Part shown: positions 22,226 to 30,083 of the stretch, piece by piece
Layout of the letters: every line of letters begins with the position of its first letter
Numbering within the stretch: position 1 is the first letter of the stretch
NCBI GenBank assembly: GCA_003278895.1
Contig: QCCO01000002.1
Location: 107,205-171,204, forward strand
From: Prochlorococcus sp. AG-347-L19
GTDB taxonomy: Bacteria; Cyanobacteriota; Cyanobacteriia; PCC-6307; Cyanobiaceae
Direction of reading: 5' to 3'
DNA length: 64,000 nucleotides
Program-made: the position numbers and the translations under genes
Notes under the pieces: generated by a model
The model's database searches: none
The model's input: only the letters and a program-made list of their open reading frames with translations
Told to the model about the DNA's origin: nothing

Positions 22226-23608
22226 ATGGTTTCCGTACCTTTTCCAAATAATGGGCAAAATAAAAATTTTAAAAAGGATTTCAATAGTGAAAACTCTGGA
22301 TTAGTACCTCCTCAAAACGTTCAAGCAGAGGAGGCCGTTCTTGGGGGCATACTTCTTGATCCAGACGCGATCGGAAGAATTGCAGACTTAATTAAACCTG
22401 AAGCTTTTTATATAAATGCCCATCAAGAAATTTATAGAACAGCATTAATGTTGCACACCCAGGGTAAACCAACTGATTTAACGTCAATGAGTGCATGGTT
22501 AGCAGATAATGGATCACTAGAAAAAATTGGAGGAAACAGCAAACTGGTAGAACTAGTTGAAAATGTTTCCTCTACAGCTTCCATAGAACAAGTTGCTAAT
22601 TTAATTAACGACAAATTCATGAGAAGGCAACTTATCAGATCTGGGAATGAAGTGGTTCAACTAGGTTTTGATCAAACTCAAGATACTAATGAAGTTCTAG
22701 ATAAAGCAGAGCAAAAAATATTTGAAATCAGCCAAGAAAAACCTTCAAAAGGCCTTACTCAAGCAGCTGAAATCCTTACAAGTACTTTTAATGAAATAGA
22801 GTCAAGATCATTAGGTACTTCAGTAGCTGGTATTCCAGTAAATTTCTACGACCTTGATGCGATGACTCAAGGTTTTCAAAGAAGTGATTTAATAATTGTT
22901 GCTGGAAGACCTTCAATGGGGAAAACTTCAATGGTTCTTAATCTGGCAAAAAATGTTGCACAATCGCAAGATTTACCTGTGTGTGTATTTAGCCTTGAAA
23001 TGAGTAAAGAACAATTGACATATAGATTGCTATCTATGGAAGTTGGAATCGAGAGTGGCAGGCTAAGAACAGGAAGATTACAGCAAGATGAGTGGCCATT
23101 ACTCGGAGAAGGTATCAATTCATTAGGTCAATTACCAATATTTATAGATGACAAGCCTAACTTAAGTGTTTTAGAGATGAGATCTCTGTGCAGAAGATTA
23201 ATAGCTGAACAAAAAAAAGAACTTGGATTAATTGTAATTGATTACCTCCAGTTGATGGAAGGAACAACACCTGATAATAGAGTGCAAGAACTTTCACGAA
23301 TAACAAGAGGTCTTAAAAGCATGGCCAGAGAATTAAAAGTACCAGTAGTAGCTTTATCTCAGCTTAGTAGAGGAGTAGAGTCTAGAACAAATAAAAGACC
23401 AATGTTAAGCGATTTAAGAGAATCAGGATCTATTGAACAAGACGCAGATTTAGTATTAATGATTTATAGAGACGAATACTATAATCCAGAGACTGAAGAT
23501 AGAGGAATTACAGAAATCATTGTCACTAAACATAGAAATGGACCCGTAGGAACTGTTAAATTATTATTTGAACCTCAATTTACGAGATTTAGGAATTTAG
23601 CTAATTAA
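22226..23608 (+). CDS. dnaB: replicative DNA helicase (no intein)
   Basis: AGRPSMGKT, FSLEM, IDYLQLM, LSQLSR, DLRESGSIEQDAD, KHRNGP. Confidence 0.98.
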   Translation: MVSVPFPNNGQNKNFKKDFNSENSGLVPPQNVQAEEAVLGGILLDPDAIGRIADLIKPEAFYINAHQEIYRTALMLHTQGKPTDLTSMSAWLADNGSLEKIGGNSKLVELVENVSSTASIEQVANLINDKFMRRQLIRSGNEVVQLGFDQTQDTNEVLDKAEQKIFEISQEKPSKGLTQAAEILTSTFNEIESRSLGTSVAGIPVNFYDLDAMTQGFQRSDLIIVAGRPSMGKTSMVLNLAKNVAQSQDLPVCVFSLEMSKEQLTYRLLSMEVGIESGRLRTGRLQQDEWPLLGEGINSLGQLPIFIDDKPNLSVLEMRSLCRRLIAEQKKELGLIVIDYLQLMEGTTPDNRVQELSRITRGLKSMARELKVPVVALSQLSRGVESRTNKRPMLSDLRESGSIEQDADLVLMIYRDEYYNPETEDRGITEIIVTKHRNGPVGTVKLLFEPQFTRFRNLAN

Positions 23609-23620
23609 ATCGATCCTAGA

Positions 23621-25588
23621 ATGCAAGATCATCACTTAACAAATGAATCTTTTGATGTCATCGTTATTGGTGGAGGACATGCAGGATGCGAAGCCGCTAT
23701 AACAACAGCAAAATTAGGATTTTCTACAGCCTTATTTACAATCAATTTAGATAGGATTGCTTGGCAACCTTGCAACCCTGCTGTTGGCGGCCCGGCAAAA
23801 AGTCAGTTGGTACATGAAGTTGATGCATTAGGTGGAATTATTGGTAAATTAGCTGATGAGACAGCTATACAAAAAAGAATATTAAATGCAAGTAGAGGTC
23901 CAGCTGTATGGGCACTAAGAGCTCAGACAGATAAAAGAGAATACTCAAAAAAGATGATTGAAATACTACAAAATACAGATAATTTATCATTAAAAGAAGC
24001 GATGATTACTGAACTAGATATCGGAAAAACTGAAGAAATTGGATTGAACTCAAAAAAAATCGTAAAAAAAAGAATAAAGGGTGTAAGGACTTTTTTTGGT
24101 AGTTATTATTCAGCAAGATCAGTTATCATCACAGCTGGTACTTTCTTAGAAGGGAGAATATGGATTGGAAATAAATCAATGTCAGCTGGTAGATCGGGCG
24201 AACAAGCAGCAAAGGGTCTTACTCAAAATTTACACGAAATTGGTATCAAAACAGAACGTTTAAAAACAGGAACTCCAGCAAGAGTTGATCAAAGAAGTAT
24301 CATTTTTGATGAATTAGATATTCAACCAAGTACTGCAGCAGATAAATATTTTTCGTTTGATCCCGATATCAAAAATAATATGCCCCAAGTTAGTTGTCAT
24401 ATCACAAGAACAACTAACAAAACACATCAACTAATTCGAGACAATTTACATTTAACTCCCATTTACGGTGGTTTTATTGATAGTAAGGGGCCAAGATATT
24501 GTCCATCAATTGAAGATAAAATTGTTAAATTTGCTGATAAAGAATCACATCAAATTTTCTTAGAACCAGAAGGAATTAATACCCCTGAAATATATGTTCA
24601 AGGATTCTCTACAGGTTTACCTGAAAATATTCAATTAGAACTTCTAAGAACCTTACCTGGATTAAATGAATGTAAAATGTTGCGACCAGCTTATGCTGTC
24701 GAGTATGACTATATACCTGCAACTCAACTCCAAACATCACTCGAAACTAAAGAAATTGAATATTTATTTAGCGCTGGACAAATTAATGGAACTACTGGTT
24801 ATGAAGAAGCAGCAGCACAAGGATTAGTAGCCGGAGTCAATGCGACAAGAAAACTAAACAAAAAAGATCCAATAATCTTCACTAGAGAAAGCAGCTATAT
24901 AGGAACAATGATCAATGATTTAATTACGAAAGATCTCAAAGAACCATATAGAGTTCTTACTAGTAGGAGTGAATACAGGTTGACCCTTAGAGGAGATAAT
25001 GCAGATAGGCGATTAACCCCATTAGGTTATGAAATAGGGCTAATTGATGAGAAAAGATGGTCGGTCTATCAAGAAAAAATGAAACTCCTTGAAGAAGAGA
25101 AATTAAGATTAAAAAACACTCGTTTAAAAAACACGGATGAAATATCAAAAAAACTAGAATTAGCAACGGGTTCAAAAATCAAAGGCTCGACAACTTTGAA
25201 AGAACTCTTAAAAAGACCAAACTTTCATTATTCAGATTTAATTAAATATAATTTGACTGAAAAAAATATAGCTTCTTCAATACAAGAAGGTGTTGAAATA
25301 GATATTAAATACGAGGGTTATCTTAAAAGACAAAAAAACAACATTGAACAAATAAATCGTCAAAGCTGTAAATCTCTGCCTCAAGAAATAAATTATGAAA
25401 CGATAGATACATTATCTTTAGAAGCTAGAGAAAATTTGAATAAGATAAAGCCAAAAAATTTTGGTGATGCTTCAAAAATTCCTGGGGTTAGCAAAGCTGA
25501 TTTAACTGCTTTACTTGTTTGGTTAAAAATAAGAGAGATAAAAAAAGATAAGGCAAATATTTTTGCTGAAAAAAAGTTATCATCATAA
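23621..25588 (+). CDS. mnmG: tRNA uridine-5-carboxymethylaminomethyl modification enzyme
   Basis: [44 protein letters not shown]. Confidence 0.98.
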   Translation: MQDHHLTNESFDVIVIGGGHAGCEAAITTAKLGFSTALFTINLDRIAWQPCNPAVGGPAKSQLVHEVDALGGIIGKLADETAIQKRILNASRGPAVWALRAQTDKREYSKKMIEILQNTDNLSLKEAMITELDIGKTEEIGLNSKKIVKKRIKGVRTFFGSYYSARSVIITAGTFLEGRIWIGNKSMSAGRSGEQAAKGLTQNLHEIGIKTERLKTGTPARVDQRSIIFDELDIQPSTAADKYFSFDPDIKNNMPQVSCHITRTTNKTHQLIRDNLHLTPIYGGFIDSKGPRYCPSIEDKIVKFADKESHQIFLEPEGINTPEIYVQGFSTGLPENIQLELLRTLPGLNECKMLRPAYAVEYDYIPATQLQTSLETKEIEYLFSAGQINGTTGYEEAAAQGLVAGVNATRKLNKKDPIIFTRESSYIGTMINDLITKDLKEPYRVLTSRSEYRLTLRGDNADRRLTPLGYEIGLIDEKRWSVYQEKMKLLEEEKLRLKNTRLKNTDEISKKLELATGSKIKGSTTLKELLKRPNFHYSDLIKYNLTEKNIASSIQEGVEIDIKYEGYLKRQKNNIEQINRQSCKSLPQEINYETIDTLSLEARENLNKIKPKNFGDASKIPGVSKADLTALLVWLKIREIKKDKANIFAEKKLSS

Positions 25589-25606
25589 AAGCACTCCGTC
25601 AGAGCA

Positions 25607-26212
25607 CTGAATAATAAACTTTTTAACTCTCCAAAAATTTTATGGGAAGAAAAAGCCTCTAATTTTTTAGTGAAGAATTCACTACCAAAAATATCTGGTC
25701 CATGGAAATTAATGCTGCTTGGGGATGGAAGTCCAACTAGACATCTGCAGCTTTTAACTAATCAAGAGACAAAAATTAAATTAATTTCAATGCAATTAGA
25801 TCCTCTATCCACTCAAGAAGGCCCTACAGAATTGAATCAATTAAATGGCCCTTTAATTAGAAGACAAGTATGGATCAAAAGCAATAATAAAAACCTAGCA
25901 TGGGCAGAAAGTTGGTGGAATGCAGATCAAGTTAGTAAAAATTTAAAAGCCAAAGAAGAGCCAATTTGGAAGAATTTGACACAAGACAGATCAGAATTAT
26001 TTAGAGAAGTTGATCGTATTTCACTTGTCAATGCAAAATGGTTAGAAGATCAATTTTGCTTTAAAGGTCCATTCTGGTCAAGAAATTACAGATTTTTTCG
26101 AGACAAAAAACCTTTAACAATTATAAGGGAAGTTTTCAATCCAAATTTAGAAAATTTACTAGGTTATTCAGGAATTAAAGAATTTACCAAACTATACTCT
26201 TCTTCTTCTTGA
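25607..26212 (+). CDS. chorismate pyruvate-lyase-like (DUF98/Ycf21, UbiC-like); start uncertain (CTG 25607 or GTG 25670)
   Basis: LMLLGDGSPTRHL, RRQVW, AWAESWW, PFWSRNY, LTIIREVF. Confidence 0.75.
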   Translation: MNNKLFNSPKILWEEKASNFLVKNSLPKISGPWKLMLLGDGSPTRHLQLLTNQETKIKLISMQLDPLSTQEGPTELNQLNGPLIRRQVWIKSNNKNLAWAESWWNADQVSKNLKAKEEPIWKNLTQDRSELFREVDRISLVNAKWLEDQFCFKGPFWSRNYRFFRDKKPLTIIREVFNPNLENLLGYSGIKEFTKLYSSSS

Positions 26213-26755
26213 TCTGGGAAGATTTCTTGATTTTGATTGAACTTGTTGGATTGATTGATCTCTCGAAGTATTATTCTCATTTTCTGAAGCTCTTTGCCAT
26301 CTTTCAACTTTAAAATCCATTTCATCTGGCCAATCTTCGTCCTTACTCTCTTTCACATAAGGTAATTTTTTTTGCTCAGTTGTCTGTAAATTTTTTGGTT
26401 GCCTTAAAGATATTGCTTCTAAAGGTCTTTTTGAATGCTGTGTAGTAGATGCATAAGAATTTGATTCTCTGGAAAATGTCTTAATATCGCTTTGATCATC
26501 GTAAAAATTCTCATCATTCCAATCATCATTTTCTTCATCAAAAAATAAATCCACTTTTTCAGATACCCATCTTCCTACTTTTTTAACGCTCTTACTTGTT
26601 ATTCCTTGAAAATCTGAATTCCTTCTTTTACCTGGCCTAGCACCAGATACTCCATCAACGAATTGCCTTCCAGTTTCGAAAATTTTATCAACCTGTTTAT
26701 CAACAATATTTTTATCAAAACTATTTCTAAGATTTCTAATTCTCCTTGAATCCAT
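26192..26755 (-). CDS. hypothetical, highly charged and likely disordered protein
   Basis: 187-aa ORF with GRQFVDGVSGARPG block, acidic tracts and C-terminal PRSRRRRV. Confidence 0.75.
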   Translation of the reverse strand: MDSRRIRNLRNSFDKNIVDKQVDKIFETGRQFVDGVSGARPGKRRNSDFQGITSKSVKKVGRWVSEKVDLFFDEENDDWNDENFYDDQSDIKTFSRESNSYASTTQHSKRPLEAISLRQPKNLQTTEQKKLPYVKESKDEDWPDEMDFKVERWQRASENENNTSRDQSIQQVQSKSRNLPRSRRRRV

Positions 26756-26838
26756 AAATTATTTTGCTTTTTAAGATATAAATTACATTAAAAAAATAAA
26801 TAATTCCAAATATAGAAACAAAAACACATCTTATATTT

Positions 26839-27366
26839 TTAATCAAACAAAATTAAACAGTTTTTATTCCATGATCCATTAAAGAAATTGATACAACATT
26901 TTTTACAGGCAATATTCTTTATCCTTTTCCTGTAGAAAAATTTCTCACCACAATTTTGACAAGTTCCTATGTACTTTAATTCTCTCCTTTCAATAGGAAA
27001 TGAGTGCCTCACAGAAATTTGAAAATTCTTCTCTTTCTCATTAATTTCATTCATCTTTTCTAAGAAATTTGGACCATGTATCTCATTTTTTTTTAATATC
27101 CTATCTACCCATGCATGAATCATTTCATGACATAAAGTACTGTTTATTTCACTAGTAGATAATTTACTCAAGATAGGTTTCGATAAGATAATTTCAGAAT
27201 CTATAAAACCATAAATGCGTTTTCTTTTATAAAAACCAGCAGTAGTTTTTAATCTATTATCACTCCATCTAACTTTTACTAAAGGGTGATTATTAACCGT
27301 TAAAGAATTTTCAAAATATTGGCTATTAAATCTATGAAATAAGGGTAAAAGAGGAATTACAGGCAT
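26839..27366 (-). CDS. SprT-like zinc metalloprotease
   Basis: RLKTTAG, TLCHEMIH (HExxH), HGPNF, C-terminal CQNC...CKKC zinc ribbon. Confidence 0.85.
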   Translation of the reverse strand: MPVIPLLPLFHRFNSQYFENSLTVNNHPLVKVRWSDNRLKTTAGFYKRKRIYGFIDSEIILSKPILSKLSTSEINSTLCHEMIHAWVDRILKKNEIHGPNFLEKMNEINEKEKNFQISVRHSFPIERRELKYIGTCQNCGEKFFYRKRIKNIACKKCCINFFNGSWNKNCLILFD

Positions 27367-27451
27367 TATGGATTAAAATTAGTATTATTTTGACAAAAAA
27401 AGCCATCAAAAACGATTTCTTTTCTTAAAGTAATAAAAAACTCAAATTAAC

Positions 27452-27871
27452 ATGGATGCAACACTAGTTAAAGATATCGGAATTAAAGCATTATTAGTTG
27501 GTGGAGCTGTACTAGTTTCTTTTTGGACTTTTAATGCAGTCAAATTAGTTATAAGCGCCAGAGGAATTAATCCATTAGTAAGAAAGTTTTTCGATCAAAT
27601 AGCTGCTGGCAGAATTGATGCAGCTTATGGTTTGACTACAAAAACTTATAAAACGCATGTAAAACGACAAGATTTTCTTAAATTTCTAGCTAGTTTAAAC
27701 CTCAATAAATACAGAAATTTAAAGTCAGGAAGACCTAGAGTCCAAGAAGATCAAATCATAATAACTTTGAATCTAAAATCAGAAGACAAACAAGATGAAC
27801 TCCCATTAGATTTTACTTTTGCAAAAACTGACAATGATTGGAAAATAGACAGAATAGCTAAAGTTAATTAA
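27452..27871 (+). CDS. hypothetical membrane-anchored protein (possible NTF2-like domain)
   Basis: Hydrophobic N-terminal helix, then FFDQIAAGRIDAAYGLTT...F..F and a terminal WKIDRI strand. Confidence 0.7.
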   Translation: MDATLVKDIGIKALLVGGAVLVSFWTFNAVKLVISARGINPLVRKFFDQIAAGRIDAAYGLTTKTYKTHVKRQDFLKFLASLNLNKYRNLKSGRPRVQEDQIIITLNLKSEDKQDELPLDFTFAKTDNDWKIDRIAKVN

Positions 27872-27893
27872 TAATTTCTTGTGAGGCAAAAAA

Positions 27894-29207
27894 TTGTTTA
27901 AAGAAGAAATAATACATCAATTAGAATTACACCCAAGTAGATTAGATAAAGAAAAAATCATTTCAGAAGCAATGGAAGATGGTCTAGATGATTTTTTTGA
28001 AGGTATACGTATGGCACTTGATCCATTAGTAACTTTTGGTGTAAAAATTGTCCCTGAGAAAGAGACTGAAAAAAGTCAAAATTTTTTATGGGAAGATTTT
28101 AGAAAATTAGCCAATAAGCTGATTCAAAGAGAACTTACTGGTCACGCTGCTCGCGATGCAATTCTTACGGCTATGGAATCTGCAACAAAAGAAGAGTGGA
28201 ATGGATTTTATAGACGAGTTTTAATTAAAGATCTTAGATGTGGTGTATCTGAAAAAACAATCAACAAGATAGCAAAGAAATTTCCCAAATATGCTATTCC
28301 TATTTTTTCTTGTCCCTTAGCTCATGACAGTGCAAATCATGAAAAAAAAATGATAGGGAAAAAGCAAATTGAAATCAAATTAGATGGTGTACGCGTCTTA
28401 ACTATTATTAGACAAAATAAAGTAGAAATGTTTTCTCGTAATGGGAAACAATTCCATAATTTTGGTCATATTATCTCGGAAATAGAAAACGCCTTAAAAA
28501 AAGATCCAGCACCTTATGACTTAGTACTCGATGGTGAAGTGATGAGCGCTAACTTTCAAGATTTAATGAAACAGGTTCATAGAAAAGATGGCAAACAAAC
28601 AAAAGACGCAGTTCTACATCTATTTGATTTATGTCCCCTTGAAGACTTCCAAAAAGGGCGATGGAACACTAGTCAAACAGCAAGAAGTTTATTAGTAAAA
28701 GAATGGGTAGCAAAACATTCTTTACTTCTTAGACATATAAAAACACTTGACTGGGAAAATGTAGATCTAGATACTATTGAAGGACAGAAAAGATTTGTAA
28801 AGCTGAATAAATCTGCTGTAGAGGGTGGATATGAAGGAGTAATGATTAAAGATCCTGATGCAATATATGAATGTAAAAGAACACACAGTTGGTTAAAAGC
28901 AAAACCTTTCATTGAAGTCACCTTAAAAGTTGTATCTGTTGAGGAAGGGACAGGTCGCAATAAAGGTAGACTGGGAGCTGTACTAGTAGAAGGTGAAGAT
29001 GATGGGCATGAATACAGTCTTAGTTGTGGAAGTGGATTTAGTGATATCCAACGTGAAGAATATTGGTCAAAACGGAATCAACTTATTGGTCAACTTGTAG
29101 AAATCAGAGCTGATGCTAAAACTAAATCCAAGGATGGGGTGGCTTTTAGTCTGAGGTTTCCGAGATTCAAATGCTTTAGAGGATTTAAAGCTGGAGAAAA
29201 AGTCTAA
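27894..29207 (+). CDS. ATP-dependent DNA ligase (N-terminal DNA-binding + adenylation + OB domains)
   Basis: Motifs I EIKLDGVR, III LDGEV, IIIa LFDL, IV YEGVMIK, V WLKAK, OB GSGFSD, VI LRFPRF; no BRCT or zinc finger of LigA; TTG start. Confidence 0.93.
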   Translation: MFKEEIIHQLELHPSRLDKEKIISEAMEDGLDDFFEGIRMALDPLVTFGVKIVPEKETEKSQNFLWEDFRKLANKLIQRELTGHAARDAILTAMESATKEEWNGFYRRVLIKDLRCGVSEKTINKIAKKFPKYAIPIFSCPLAHDSANHEKKMIGKKQIEIKLDGVRVLTIIRQNKVEMFSRNGKQFHNFGHIISEIENALKKDPAPYDLVLDGEVMSANFQDLMKQVHRKDGKQTKDAVLHLFDLCPLEDFQKGRWNTSQTARSLLVKEWVAKHSLLLRHIKTLDWENVDLDTIEGQKRFVKLNKSAVEGGYEGVMIKDPDAIYECKRTHSWLKAKPFIEVTLKVVSVEEGTGRNKGRLGAVLVEGEDDGHEYSLSCGSGFSDIQREEYWSKRNQLIGQLVEIRADAKTKSKDGVAFSLRFPRFKCFRGFKAGEKV

Positions 29208-29323
29208 ATTTTAAAAAATTATATTTAAAAAGTAGTCAATGAAAAATGTGGTTTTTAAGTAAAAAAACTAAAAATCTTAGCTATAAAATGTAAGAATAAT
29301 TATCAGGACTTTTAGAGAGACTT

Positions 29324-29476
29324 ATGATGAAGAAAACAGTTTTCAACTTCATAAAAACACCTTGTGGACAAGCAAAATATATCGAATTAGAAGCCAACAA
29401 AACTCTACTAGGTAAATTTAGGCTTTTGTGGTTTATCTTAATTGCATCTATTAGAGATTGGAATATTAAAGAGTAA
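29324..29476 (+). CDS. small hypothetical protein, 50 aa (not in ORF track)
   Basis: MMKKTVFNFIKTPCGQAKYIELEANKTLLGKFRLLWFILIASIRDWNIKE*; purine-rich AGAGAGA upstream; fills an otherwise large gap and stops 4 nt before the convergent gene. Confidence 0.6.
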   Translation: MMKKTVFNFIKTPCGQAKYIELEANKTLLGKFRLLWFILIASIRDWNIKE

Positions 29477-29480
29477 ATTC

Positions 29481-30083
29481 TTAGGATTTTTCAAAATATT
29501 CCCTAGAATATTTAGCTGAGAAATATACAACTAAAAAAGTTGAAATAATTCCAATGATAGTCATATATAAGTTATTTGGTGATTGGACATTTTTTAGCTC
29601 CTGAATATTTTTTGCCAAACTACCTATTGAGCAATAAAGAAAAGTTCCTGGAATTATTCCAATAAGACCAACAGCGAAATCTCGAAATTTAACATTATTC
29701 AAACCATAAAAATAATTAAGAATACTGAAGGGAAATATCGGCGATAATCTTGCTAAAAAAATTAATTTAAGTCCGCCTTTTTCTACTACTTTTTCCATAA
29801 CACTTAATTTTGGATAACGACTGAAAAGATTTTTTAGCTTTTTTGCAAAAAAACTTTTTGATACAAAAAAAGCAACTGATGCTCCTAAGGAAGCGGAGAA
29901 AAAAACGATAATTGAGCCTAAATATGAGCCATATAAAAAACCTGATAATAAAGATAACCAAGAAGCTGGGAGTATTAATAAAACAATTAAAATATAAATA
30001 CAAATGAACGAAAATATCCCAATTCCAGTATTAAAAAAAAAAGATAAATTATAAAAATTTTCAAGAAATATGTTCATTCTCAA
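29481..30083 (-). CDS. TVP38/TMEM64 (DedA/SNARE-associated) membrane protein
   Basis: LPASWLSLLSGFLYG, ARLSPIFPFSILNYFYG, IPGTFLY. Confidence 0.88.
   Translation of the reverse strand: MRMNIFLENFYNLSFFFNTGIGIFSFICIYILIVLLILPASWLSLLSGFLYGSYLGSIIVFFSASLGASVAFFVSKSFFAKKLKNLFSRYPKLSVMEKVVEKGGLKLIFLARLSPIFPFSILNYFYGLNNVKFRDFAVGLIGIIPGTFLYCSIGSLAKNIQELKNVQSPNNLYMTIIGIISTFLVVYFSAKYSREYFEKS

Noticed and set aside
22226-23608. Intein in dnaB, as found in some cyanobacteria
   Set aside because: The protein is 460 aa and reads continuously through LRESGSIEQDAD with no insertion.
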